In this document: in pieces, positions 52,293 through 64,000 of the stretch
How the letters are laid out: every line of letters starts with the position of its first letter
Numbering within the stretch: position 1 is the first letter of the stretch
Assembly (NCBI GenBank): GCA_951406725.2
Contig: OX597823.1
Span: forward strand, 95,852,001 to 95,916,000
DNA length: 64,000 nt
From: Octopus vulgaris
Taxonomy: Eukaryota
Reading direction: 5' to 3'
Position numbers and translations under genes: made by a program
Notes under the pieces: generated by a model
The model's input: only the letters and a program-made list of their open reading frames with translations
What the model was told of the DNA's origin: nothing
Database searches by the model: none

Positions 52293-54128
52293 GTAAGTAA
52301 CATGATTTTTTCTTTTTTTTTTTTTTACATCACAAATTTTAAACCGCATCCAAGTATGTCCATTTACTTTGTACATCTTCATAAACGAGATACAGATGGC
52401 AAAATTGGACAGCAAAAAATAACTGGAACATCGGTTGAATAATAATAAAGAAAAAATGTCACAAATATGAAATAATATTGTTATATATATATAAAAAAAA
52501 TGTTTTAAAAATTATTCTGAAGGTGCAGAGTTTGCAGAACCGGGATATAACTGCCTTACATTAATTCTATGTGGTATATGTAAATCAGACCGTACAGGTC
52601 TCGGTAAATACCAGTTATATATATGGGGTAATTTTTTGATGTTGTGGAAGACAGATGCTCCACCAGATTAAATGTTTTACGCTTGTTTGAATTCGAATCC
52701 CGCTCGGATCGGATGTATGAATCTTTAAACTTTTCTTTTTTAGGTGGGTATTGAGGTTGAATGGGGGGGTAGACCCTATTTACTAGATACCGCCCATTTT
52801 CACATGCTTTTGGCTCTTTAAGTAAAATTATTATAATTATATATTATTAAAAATATTTTTATAACACTGTTAAGAATTAATCAATTTGTAATCGCATCCC
52901 TCCCCGTTTCTTTCTCACTCAACCACGACACATGATGCTAAACATTTGGAACGAATCTTGCGGTCCAGTTTCGATCTCTAGCTTCGGGTCAGCCCTTATC
53001 GAGAATACCTAAGATCAAACACGTTCTAGTTGTGGCAACCCAAGACAATGTATTTAGGGACTACATTATCCAAGTTATTCCCTTTAAGACATTATAGGGT
53101 GCGCTGTGATGGAGATTTGACTGCTATTTTTAGTCGTTCGGGTAACCATATAGAGGCTGTCACAGAAATGTCGTTCTCACTCTGCCTGTAATAATATATA
53201 TCTTTGAGAAATGCATAAACATCACATGATGTTTTATTATTAATCATCATTCATTTGCCATTCTATGAACCAGTTTGCAAAGGCAACAATTAATTTCGTG
53301 TCCACTGAGGTCATTTTTCTCTTTCATTCTTGCAGTATCTATTAAATTGCTCTAGCTGTTTAAATTCATTTTGTACAAATCTTCCACGACAGAAGCCCTT
53401 TCATTTGTCTGGTTCCCAGTTTTTAGGAATCTTTCTGGGAATGGGGAAACGTAAAATCTCGTTTATTTCGGTCCCTCGATTTCGAAATTCAAATCTTTCC
53501 GGGGACAGTTTTTGTCTTCCACTCCTTGTCGGGTACCCCTTTTCCAACCTTACCATCAACATACCGTGCCCTGTATCTGTTTAGAAATTATTGCTTTGGT
53601 ACTTTTGGCGGTTAGTCCGTCAGACAAGTTTTCGAGGAATCCCAGAAACATTTAATCTTTTATATGATTTTATCTGGCTATAAAGAGGAAGCCAGATTGG
53701 TTAGAGCCCATCCCTCGCCAAACTATTTTGATTGCTGCCTCCAAATAACTATGTACAGAGGAAGCTTAGAGAATGAGAGGGTGTGTGAAGAAAATGTGAC
53801 GTTGAAGAGATTGTTCTTCTTCATCGGGACATTTACAAAGCAAACGAAATAAATCCCAACACGAATCGAAACCGTTTCGCAAATTTGGCTCTTAAACTTT
53901 AGCCTCTACTCTATTAAACGTTGTTAGCCATTTAAATAAATTCGCACAGTCATTTGTATTTAGCCGTCTCCTAAAATGCCAACGATTCCGTTAGAGAGAC
54001 AGTTTTAATACCGGCTCACTGCTGTTGCAATAATGTCGCTAATTCACTATGATTCTTAAATCTAGTCCTCTTAAAATACGCTTCCTTTATACAATAACTG
54101 GTATAGATGGCTTGGATAGGAAATTGCT

Positions 54129-54190
<62 letters not shown>

Positions 54191-54521
54191 TATTTATTTT
54201 ATTGTGTTGTAAACAATAATTACATATAGAATTTCTGGAGGGCTGGAAAATTATCAATCAGTGTTTATTAGATTGCAAAGTTACAGAAGGTATATCAGAC
54301 AGAAAAGAATGGAAAGGTGTATAATAGTTTTTGTGTGTATACAGCACGATGCACGCGCTCAAATTTATACACACATTTATATACGTATTTATAGGCGCAT
54401 ATACAAACATATCTGCATATACATACACACATGTATAAATACATATATACACACATGTATAAATACATATATACACACATGTAGATATATATATACACTT
54501 ACACATACCTAGACGTATATA

Positions 54522-54557
<36 letters not shown>

Positions 54558-57500
54558 CACACTCATACGTATATATATATATATACACACACATATGTGT
54601 ATATATATATATATACACACGTATATAATATATATGCACTCATTTATACATACATCTATACGTATGTACACACACATATTGTCACTATTTTACGTCTACT
54701 TTCCACGCTGGCATGGGTTAGATGGTTCAACAGGAGCTCGCAAGTCAGAAGACTGCACCAAACTCAACTGTCTGCTTTGGCATTGATTTCTATGGCTGGA
54801 CGCCCTTCCAAATGCCAACCACTTTACTGAGTGTACTGGGTGCTTTTTACTTGGCACTGGTACCAGTGGGGTCACTGAGTAAACTTATAAGACATGGCCC
54901 CTTAACTGTTGGTGGGGGTGTGTGATATTGAGGGGGATGACTTTATGTGAGTATGATAGAGAAACAGAACAGGTCTTGTTATCCCACCTGAGAAGAAAAG
55001 ATGGAAGATGGATGTTAAATGATGATGATGATAGTAGTGAAGATGTATTGGTGTGTCGCCTCCAGTTACAGGAAGGGGAATATAAGTGGTATTGGCTAGG
55101 GTAAGTGGGTAGATGAAGTCTGTGAGAATGTGAAAGAAGAGTGGCAAGTGGTCTGGGTGGGACACTGGGGTGGCATGGCTCTGTGGTTATGTTTGCTTGT
55201 CAACCATATGGTTTTGAGTTCAGTCCTGCTGTGTGGCACCTTGGTCTAGTGTCATCTATTATAGCCCTGGGCCAACCAATGTCTTGTGGGTGAATTTGGC
55301 AGACTGAAACTGTTAGACTCATTGTGGCCATGTGGTAAGATGTTTGCTTCACAGCCACATGGTTCTGGGTTCAGTCCCACTGTGTGGCACCTTGGGCAAG
55401 TGTCTTCTATAACTTTGGGCTGACCAGTCTTGTGAGTGGATTTAGTAGAATGAAACTCAAAGAAGCCTATTTATGTGTGTGCATCTTTGTCCCTTCCCCC
55501 ACTTCACAACTGGTGTTGGTGTGTTTACATCCCCATAGCTTAGTGGTTCAGCAAAAGAAACACTCAGTTATTTCTCTAGTTCATTTAAATTTATGCAAAT
55601 TACTGAGGTCATAAATCTGTTCTTTTTTTTTTTTTTTTTACTGTTTATATGTGTCTAAGAATTTCATCAACTGGAGACCTAGCAGAATAATTGCTGTGCT
55701 GATAATGCCTGCTGAGGCAGAAACATAGCTCCACAGCTATTCTCTTATCTTCAATGAGACTTTTCTATTTTTCCTTAATTTCGGAGGTCTTGATTCGTGA
55801 AATTACCTCCCCTTCCCATTTGCCAACAAGTGATTGTTCTACTTTCTCTGGACGTAATGATAATTTTAGTACTCTTATTGGTCTTTATATATAAACACGC
55901 ATGTATATATATCATCATCATCATTTAATGTCCGCTTTCCATGCTAGCATGAGTTGGACGATTTGACTGAGGACTGGCGAACCAGATAGCTGTGCCAGGC
56001 TCCAATCTGATCTGGCAGAGATTTTACAGCTGGATGCCCTTCCTAACGCCAACCACTCCGAGAGTGTAGTGGGTGCTTTTACATGTCACTGGCACGAGGG
56101 CCAGTCTGGCGGTACTGGCAACAGCCATGCTCGAAATGGTGTTTTATACGTGCCACCTGTACAGGAGTCAGTCCAGTGGCATTGGCAATGACCTCGCTTG
56201 AATGTTTTGTTCACGTGCCACCGGCACAAGTGCCAGTAAGGCGACACTGGTAACGATCACGCTCAAATGGTGCTTTTTATGTGCCACCAGCATGGAAGCC
56301 AGACAGCCGCTCTGGCAGTGATCCTGCTTGGATGGAGCTGTTAGCACTCCACTGGCACGGGTGCCAGTCATCGAATTTGGTTCAATTTCGATTACACTTT
56401 CCCCAATGTGTGTGTATTTATAAATTTGTGTGTGTGTATGTATGTATATATATATGTATATATTTATATATAAATATCTATACCCACACTTATATATACA
56501 CATCTGTATATATTCATATAAAAAAATATATAGGTGCAAGTGTAGCTGTGTGGTAAGAAGCTTGTTTCCCAACCACATGGTTTCAGGTTCAGTCCCATTG
56601 TGTGGCACCTTAGGCTGACTGAAGCCTTGTGTGTGGATTTGGTAGATGGAAACTGAAAGAAGCTTGTTGTGTATGTATATGTGTGTGTGTATATGTATAT
56701 ATATATATATATATATATAAAATACATATGTCTTTGTCTGTCCCCCCCCCCCATCACTGCTTGACAACCACTGTTGGTGTGTTTACATCCCCATAATTTA
56801 GTGATTTGGCAAAAGATCCTGATAACAGGCTTTAAGGAAAAAGAAAAAGTACTGGACTTGATTTGTTCGACTAAAATCTTTCAAGGCAGTGCCCCAGCAT
56901 GGCCATAGTCTAATGTTCGAACCAAGTAAATGGTAAAAGGTATAAATATCTGTGTACCTTTTTCTCTCTCGCGTGTCTGTGTGTCTGTAGTCAAATGATA
57001 TAGTAGTGAATAATTGTGCATAGGTGTAAGGATATAAATGAGTAAAAATGAGAAATAACATGGATAAACAAATATCATGCAGAGTTAAACAAGCAAAAGC
57101 ATGTCTGGAAAGTGTAGAAATACAAAGCAAAAAGAAAACAAGCAAAAGTATTCTCTCTCACACACACACACACACACATATACATGCATGCACAAAATGG
57201 AGGCTTCATATGCCAAAGAAAGAAAGGGAGCCTGATGTTGCAGGTGATGCCCTTTATCAAATAGAAAAGAATTGAGAGGTAAAAGAAATAGAAAAAGGTA
57301 TGATACGAAAGAAGTAATCTGTTTACAAGGCAGGTCTTAAGTAGAATGAAAGGCGAGAAGTGGAATAGAAGGATCAGAAGTGAGGGTATGATCTAGGTGA
57401 CGGTGAGGTTAAGTGGAAGGAGGGAGAGAGAATTTGAATAAACAAGAAAGAGGGGAAGAAAAGGAAAAAGAGTGAAGGAATGAGAAAAGAATAGAGGGAT

Positions 57501-57849
57501 CAAGAGACCTAGTGTGGGAGGGAAAATGAGAGAGAGCTATTGTGGAACTCAATCTTGGTGTTTGGTGTGTCGGATATCTGTGTAGTAAATGTGTGTTACC
57601 TATTTACAATGTATTTGTGAAGTGTGTTATGGTGTGGAGGAACGTGTAAAGGATTGGTAGACTGGAGGTTGGAGGTGAAATGGTGAGTGTGTGTGCATGT
57701 GAAGTGGGTAGTTATGTCCATATATCACTGTAGTTTGTAGTATGTTCAATGTACATAAATGTGTAGATGTGTAAGGTATGTTGTCGTACTATGGTGGGAT
57801 GAATGTGGGAAGATTGAATATAGTGTTGTAGTTTAGTTATCAAGACCGC

Positions 57850-58300
57850 ACTATTCATATTCAAAGGGTTGGAGCAACCAAGGCAGAAGATGAGGCTGTG
57901 TTCTTTTTGGTAGTGAGAAGTAGGTGATTTGTGTTGTAAAATAACACCACAGAACTGAGATAGAAATAGTGTGTGCAGTTAAGCTGATGTGGTGGTGTTT
58001 AGGTAGATGTCACATAAATGCAGTCATGCAATCTGCTAACTTACAGCTGGTCTTTCCAATATACCGGAAGCCATTGAACTGATATTTAAGGCAGACATTT
58101 AATGCTTTTAACAGTGCAGATAAAACAGTCAGTGATATGGAAGTAACATTGGTTGGGTTCAAGAAGTTTAGTATTCTGGCTGTAAGGGAATATGTTACAC
58201 TGGACATTGGAGCATGTTAAAGATCTGGGTTTGGGTGTTTGAAGGGTTAGAAGAGTTGTGAGCTGAAAACTTGATCAAATAGGGGTCTATTTGAAGCAGG
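57850..58300 (-). mobile_element. Decayed Penelope-like GIY-YIG fragment
   Basis: RYIGKTSCKLADCM resembles the PLE motif YIGETxRxLxxRF. Confidence 0.55.
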
Positions 58301-58499
58301 GGAGGTATTGATCATCATCATAATCATCATCTAATACTGGTTTTCCATGCTGGCATGGCATTGTTCATGGAATATGGGGGAGGTGGCAGGGTCTGAGCAG
58401 AGTAGGTGAAAAGTATGCTAGATGGTTTGAGGTGGGATGGGCATGGGTAGAGGAGGGAATGATTGACAATAGTCTGGGATTATATTTGTTTTTAGGAGT

Positions 58500-58620
58500 A
58501 TGTGTGAATATATATATATATGTACGTGTTTATGTGCATGGATGTGTCTGTATGTATGTGTGTGTATATATATATATATGCATGTATGTGTGTGTGTGTA
58601 TATATATATATATGCATGTA

Positions 58621-58655
<35 letters not shown>

Positions 58656-58659
58656 GCAT

Positions 58660-58702
<43 letters not shown>

Positions 58703-59230
58703 TGTGTGTGTGTATGTATATATATATATGCATGTATGTGTGTATATATATATATATATATGCATGTATGTTTGTATATATATATATATATATGCATGTA
58801 TGTTTGTATATATATATATATATATGCATGTGTGTGTGTATATATATATATGCGTGTGTGTGTATATATATATATGCATGTGTGTGTGTATATATATATG
58901 CATGTGTGTGTATATATATGCATGTGTGTGTATATATATGCATGTGTGTGTATATATATGCATGTTTGTGTGTGTGTATATATATATGCATGTGTGTGTG
59001 TGTATATATATATGCATGTGTGTGTATGTATATATATGCATGTGTGTGTGTATATATATATGCATGTGTGTGTGTGTATATATATATGCATATGTGTGTG
59101 TGTGTATATATATATGCATGTGTGTGTGTATATATATATGCATGTGTGTGTGTGTGTATATATATATATATGCATGTGTGTGTGTATATATATATATATG
59201 CATGTGTGTATATATATATATATATATGCA

Positions 59231-59261
<31 letters not shown>

Positions 59262-60360
59262 GCATGTGTGTGTGTGTATATATATATATGCATGTATGTG
59301 TGTGTATATATATATATGCATGTATGTGTGTGTATATATATATATGCATGTATGTGTGTGTGTATATATATATGCATGTATGTGTGTGTGTATATATATA
59401 TATGCATGTGTGTGTATATATATATATGCATGTGTGTGTATATATATATATGCATGTATGTGTGTATATATATATATATGCATGTATGTGTGTATATATA
59501 TATATATGCATGTATGTGTGTATATATATATATATGCATGTATGTGTGTATATATATATATATGCATGTATGTGTGTATATATATATGCATGTATGTGTG
59601 TATATATATATGCATGTATGTGTGTATATATATATGCATGTATGTGTGTATATATATATATGCATGTATGTGTGTATATATATATGCATGTATGTGTGTA
59701 TATATATATGCATGTATGTGTGTATATATATGCATGTATGTGTGTATATATATATATGCATGTATGTGTGTATATATATATATGCATGTATGTGTGTATA
59801 TATATATATGCATGTATGTGTGTATATATATATATGCATGTATGTCTGTATATATATATATGCATGTATGTGTGTATATATATATATGCATGTATGTGTG
59901 TATATATATATATGCATGTATGTGTGTATATATATATATGCATGTATGTGTGTGTATATATATATATGCATGTATGTGTGTGTGTATGTATATATGTGTG
60001 TGTATATATATATATGCATGTATGTGTGTGTGTATGTATATATGTGTGTGTATATATATATATGCATGTATGTGTGTGTGTATGTATATATGCGTGTGTA
60101 TATATGTGTGTGTGTGTGTATATATGCATGTATGTGTGTGTGTGTATATGTATATATATGCATGTATGTGTGTGTGTATATGTATATATATGCATGTATG
60201 TGTGTGTGTATATGTATATATATGCATGTATGTGTGTGTGTATGTATATATATGCATGTATGTGTGTGTGTATGTATATATATATGCATGTATGTGTGTG
60301 TGTATGTATATATATGCATGTATGTGTATATAATATATATATATATATGCATGTGTGTTT
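58500..60360. repeat. ~1.9-kb compound satellite [(TA)n-TGCATG-(TA)-(TG)n] in FMNL intron 1
   Basis: Units of ~20-30 bp anchored by ATGCAT; source of all six ~600-aa junk ORFs. Confidence 0.97.
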
Positions 60361-62010
60361 GTATATGTGCCCCTGTATATCTACAGATCACAGCCTGAAA
60401 TAGGCAAAGCAGTAGAATTATGTATGTGTTTATAATGTCTCAGGTGTAAACACAATGAACCTAAACAGCTCATTTGGAACCAACTCTGATAAATAAGCTA
60501 GCTCAAAGTTTCTATGGAAAAAGCAAGTGTTTTAACATTCGGGACATTTGTCCCTGATTGGGATCAGGACTTTTTCATCGTCTCTAAAAAGACGAAAGTA
60601 AAAGCTGTTCCCGGCACATTAGGTACTTAACAATTTCTATTCTTTGTATATGTAGACCTGTAATGTTGATATGATATTGGATTTTGGCAGAAGGCATATG
60701 AGAGGGCTTTAGTTGCTTGTATTAACCCCCATTTCTTGATTGCTGTTTTTTTTTTCACTGCCACAAGAGATGGAAGAACTACCATAAGCATTTTACCTGA
60801 CACTCTGACTCACTCAATGCACTGACCTTAGCATTTTCTAATATTTGAAAGAGGAGATCAGTTGATTACATTGACCAGTATATGACTGGTACTGTGTCTT
60901 ATCAACCTCAGAAGAATCAAATGCAAAAGTGACCTTAGTGGGTTTTGAACTCAGAACATAAAGAATCATAACAAATACCATGGAATTTTCTTTAACCTCG
61001 TATTTATATTGCTAGTCCACATCATCATCATAATGTTTTCCATGCTGGCATAGGTTGGGCAGTTTGATAGGAGTTGGCAAGGCTGGAGAGCTGCACCAAG
61101 TTCCAATTGTCTGTTTTGGCATGGTTTCTATGGCTGGATGCCCTTCCTAACACCAACCACTTTACAGGGTGTAGTGGGCGCTTTTTATGAGGTGCCAGCA
61201 CAGGTGTTTTATATGTGGCCTACTAATGTTTTTAACAAAAGCACAAGGGCAAAGAATCTTAGTGGATGTTGTAAATTGGTGATATTTGTGTCAGTACTTT
61301 ATCAACCCTGAAAAAATCGAAAGATGAAGTTTACCTCAGCTGGTTTTAAACCTAGAACATGAAGTGCTACTAGAAATATTGGGGTGCATTTATCCAGTAT
61401 TTTAATGATTCTAACAATCATTCTCTAGAATAATTCTTTCTACAATCGGCAGAAGGCCTGAAAACTTGTGGTGAGGTGACTAGCAGAAGAAATGTCACTC
61501 ATCAGTTTATTCAGCATCCTAACGGTTTTGTCAGCTCACCCAATGTCCATCTTCTCTCTTGCTCACTTTCTTGTACCCATCACTACCATCTTTACCCTCT
61601 TTTTACCTACTCTCACCTTTAATGTGAGGCAGCCATGTATCTTCTCTGTAGCAAGATGCCAGTGCTTGCCCCTCTGCCATTCTCTAGGCTCGTAAAATCT
61701 GGCATAGAGCCCCACCCCCCGCCGCTCCTGCACTCTACTTTTAGCGGAGGAAGCCTTTTCTTGCCTTGCAAATTGCTTGGTGACATCACTAGGGCTGCTT
61801 GCATGGAAGAAGAGAAAGAATGCACCCACTACACACTGTAAAGCATTGACGTTAGGAGCATCGAGCGGTAGAAACTCTGCCAAAGTAGACATTGGAGCTG
61901 CTCAATGCAGCTTTGCAGCCGACCGGCTCTTGTGAAACCGCTCAACCTTATATCACATGGCAAACGTTAAGTGATCATCTCTCTCTCACACACGCACACA
62001 CAAATATAGT

Positions 62011-62053
<43 letters not shown>

Positions 62054-62372
62054 AGAGTTTACAAAAAAAAACAAAAGACGAAGACAGGTAGTGTACAAAA
62101 CAAACAGATGTATCAGTATAACGCTCAGGGATAGAAAAAGTCTTTTACGTTTCGAGCCTACGCTCTTCTACAGAAAAAACAAGGAGAGAAAAAAAATGTG
62201 TAGTGGCTAACGATCTCTCTCTCTATATATGTGTGTGTGTGTGTGTGTACTGCATGTATATAAATATGGCCGCAGTCTAATGACTGAACAAGTAAAATAA
62301 TAAATATATGTAATACACAGACATACAAATATGTACTAGATACGAATAAATATATACACACAATGTGTGTGC

Positions 62373-62408
<36 letters not shown>

Positions 62409-63373
62409 GCGTGCGCGCACGCAAATATGTATATATGTGCATAGAAGTGTGTATATAGATACACAGCCATACATTTTATGTATGTAAGCCACACATCGTT
62501 ACATGTTAGTTTACAGAGAATTAATGGCAGCGAAGGGAGTGAAGCAGCTAAGGATGGAGAAATGGTTTTGCGATAAGAGCCGCTCTCTATTAGCATGTGG
62601 CATCAGATGAGATCGGCATGCAATCTTTCTCTATCTCCACCCTATGGCTTTACAACCCTAGGCAGTAGTTTTCGGTCCTATGGGAAACGGTTTTCTTGGT
62701 GTGTCGCACCACCGTTCTTCATTTGTCAAGTTAGTTGCCACTAGTCGTCACAGTGTTGTTGCATGTTGGATCTGTGTTCTGTCTGAAGCAAACTGCTGTT
62801 TCGTTTCATTGATAATGTTTTGAACACTGGGAAATCTAGTCGTGGTTGCCTTGTGAATTCCAAGCCGCCATCAACATAAAATATGGTGGTGCCGGCGGTC
62901 GTGGGTACCGTTACCTCTTCCTTCCATTCCTTCTGCTACTACAACTGTTGGTTCTCTTCTCTTTTACCAACTCACCATCTCTAAAATAGCTTCTTCACTC
63001 TCTTCCTTTATTTTATTTTCCTCTCTTTCTACGTTTCAAATCTTTCTTTGGCCTCTCTCTTTTTAATAATATTTGTCTTTAATTTTCGTAATTTTTCTTT
63101 TCTCTCTCTCTCTCTCTAACCCTGTATTTTCCTCTTCATCTTTTTATTCTGTCACACTTCCCCGCTTACATAATGGGTGTGTATGTATGTATGTCACCTC
63201 ACATCTCTACGCCTCACCATTCCTTCCTAATCACCAAAATTCCTCCTCTTCTAACCCTTTTTTCTAGTCCTCATAAGCTTCCCATCTCTATAGTTTCCAC
63301 GATTCTCTCTCTCTCCTCTCCATTTGTCTTTTTTTTTTCTTTCCTGCATCCTCTTATCTCATTCCTTTGGCTA

Positions 63374-63420
<47 letters not shown>

Positions 63421-64000
63421 ATATCTATCAAATACACACACAAGCTTTCTAGCCCCACCCCCCTCACACAACTCCTGAGCATCATTAAATCTGCCACTCA
63501 CACTCACTTTGTGCCCTCAACAATTCTCCTCATCTTTCCCACCAAACCCCATTCAGAAGATAAACCTGTGAAAGACAGAAAAATATGCGTTTTTTTTTGG
63601 TTTTTTTTTTCATGGTTTTATTCTTGTCAGCTATTTTTGCCTCTGCTTCTGACAAATTTCCTTCGGCTTTGTCAGAATTAATACGCCTCTGGATAAAATG
63701 TTTCTTTGTGTTTCCTCGAGATACGAGTCTGAATTTTTTTTATCTAGTACCCCCCCTCCTTTCTCTCCATAAAATACTAGTAATGTGTGTAATAAATATG
63801 CGTAATATGTGTGGCGTGTGTATATGTATATCTGTGTGTGTGTGTGTGAGAGAGAGAGAGATCATAGCTCTGTTTAGTTGTGAAAAACATTTGTTCATTT
63901 CCTATCCAATTTTATTCTGTTGAGGCTCTGTTGTTTTTTTTTTAAAGAAACGAGAAGGTACCCTTGTCTTGTTGCGGTTGAGCTTTCTTTCATTTTCCAC

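Noticed and set aside
58418-60403. Six ORFs of 567-657 aa
   Set aside because: Stop-free translations of a TA/TG satellite in all frames; not genes.

Overview
AT-rich, microsatellite-saturated eukaryotic DNA. The repeat landscape (tRNA-derived SINEs, abundant RTE LINE 3' ends with (CAT)n tails, mariner/Tc1, Penelope, Helitron, (TA)n/(CA)n/(AAT)n runs) points to a coleoid cephalopod, probably Octopus; this is inferred, not database-confirmed. Nearly all supplied ORFs are microsatellite or transposon artefacts. The only confident host gene is the first coding exon of a formin-like (FMNL/FRL) gene on the + strand (52179-52292), whose first intron runs off the window. The most striking unexplained feature is a 362-bp-period, hairpin-rich direct repeat at 41441-41984, inserted in a (TA)n tract, whose monomer boundary coincides with the predicted cleavage site of a type I hammerhead ribozyme. 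This architecture matches a non-LTR retrozyme. Also present are further hammerhead-like cores, three long near-perfect palindromes, a pre-miRNA-like hairpin, and a structured ~60-bp tandem array in an RTE 3' UTR.
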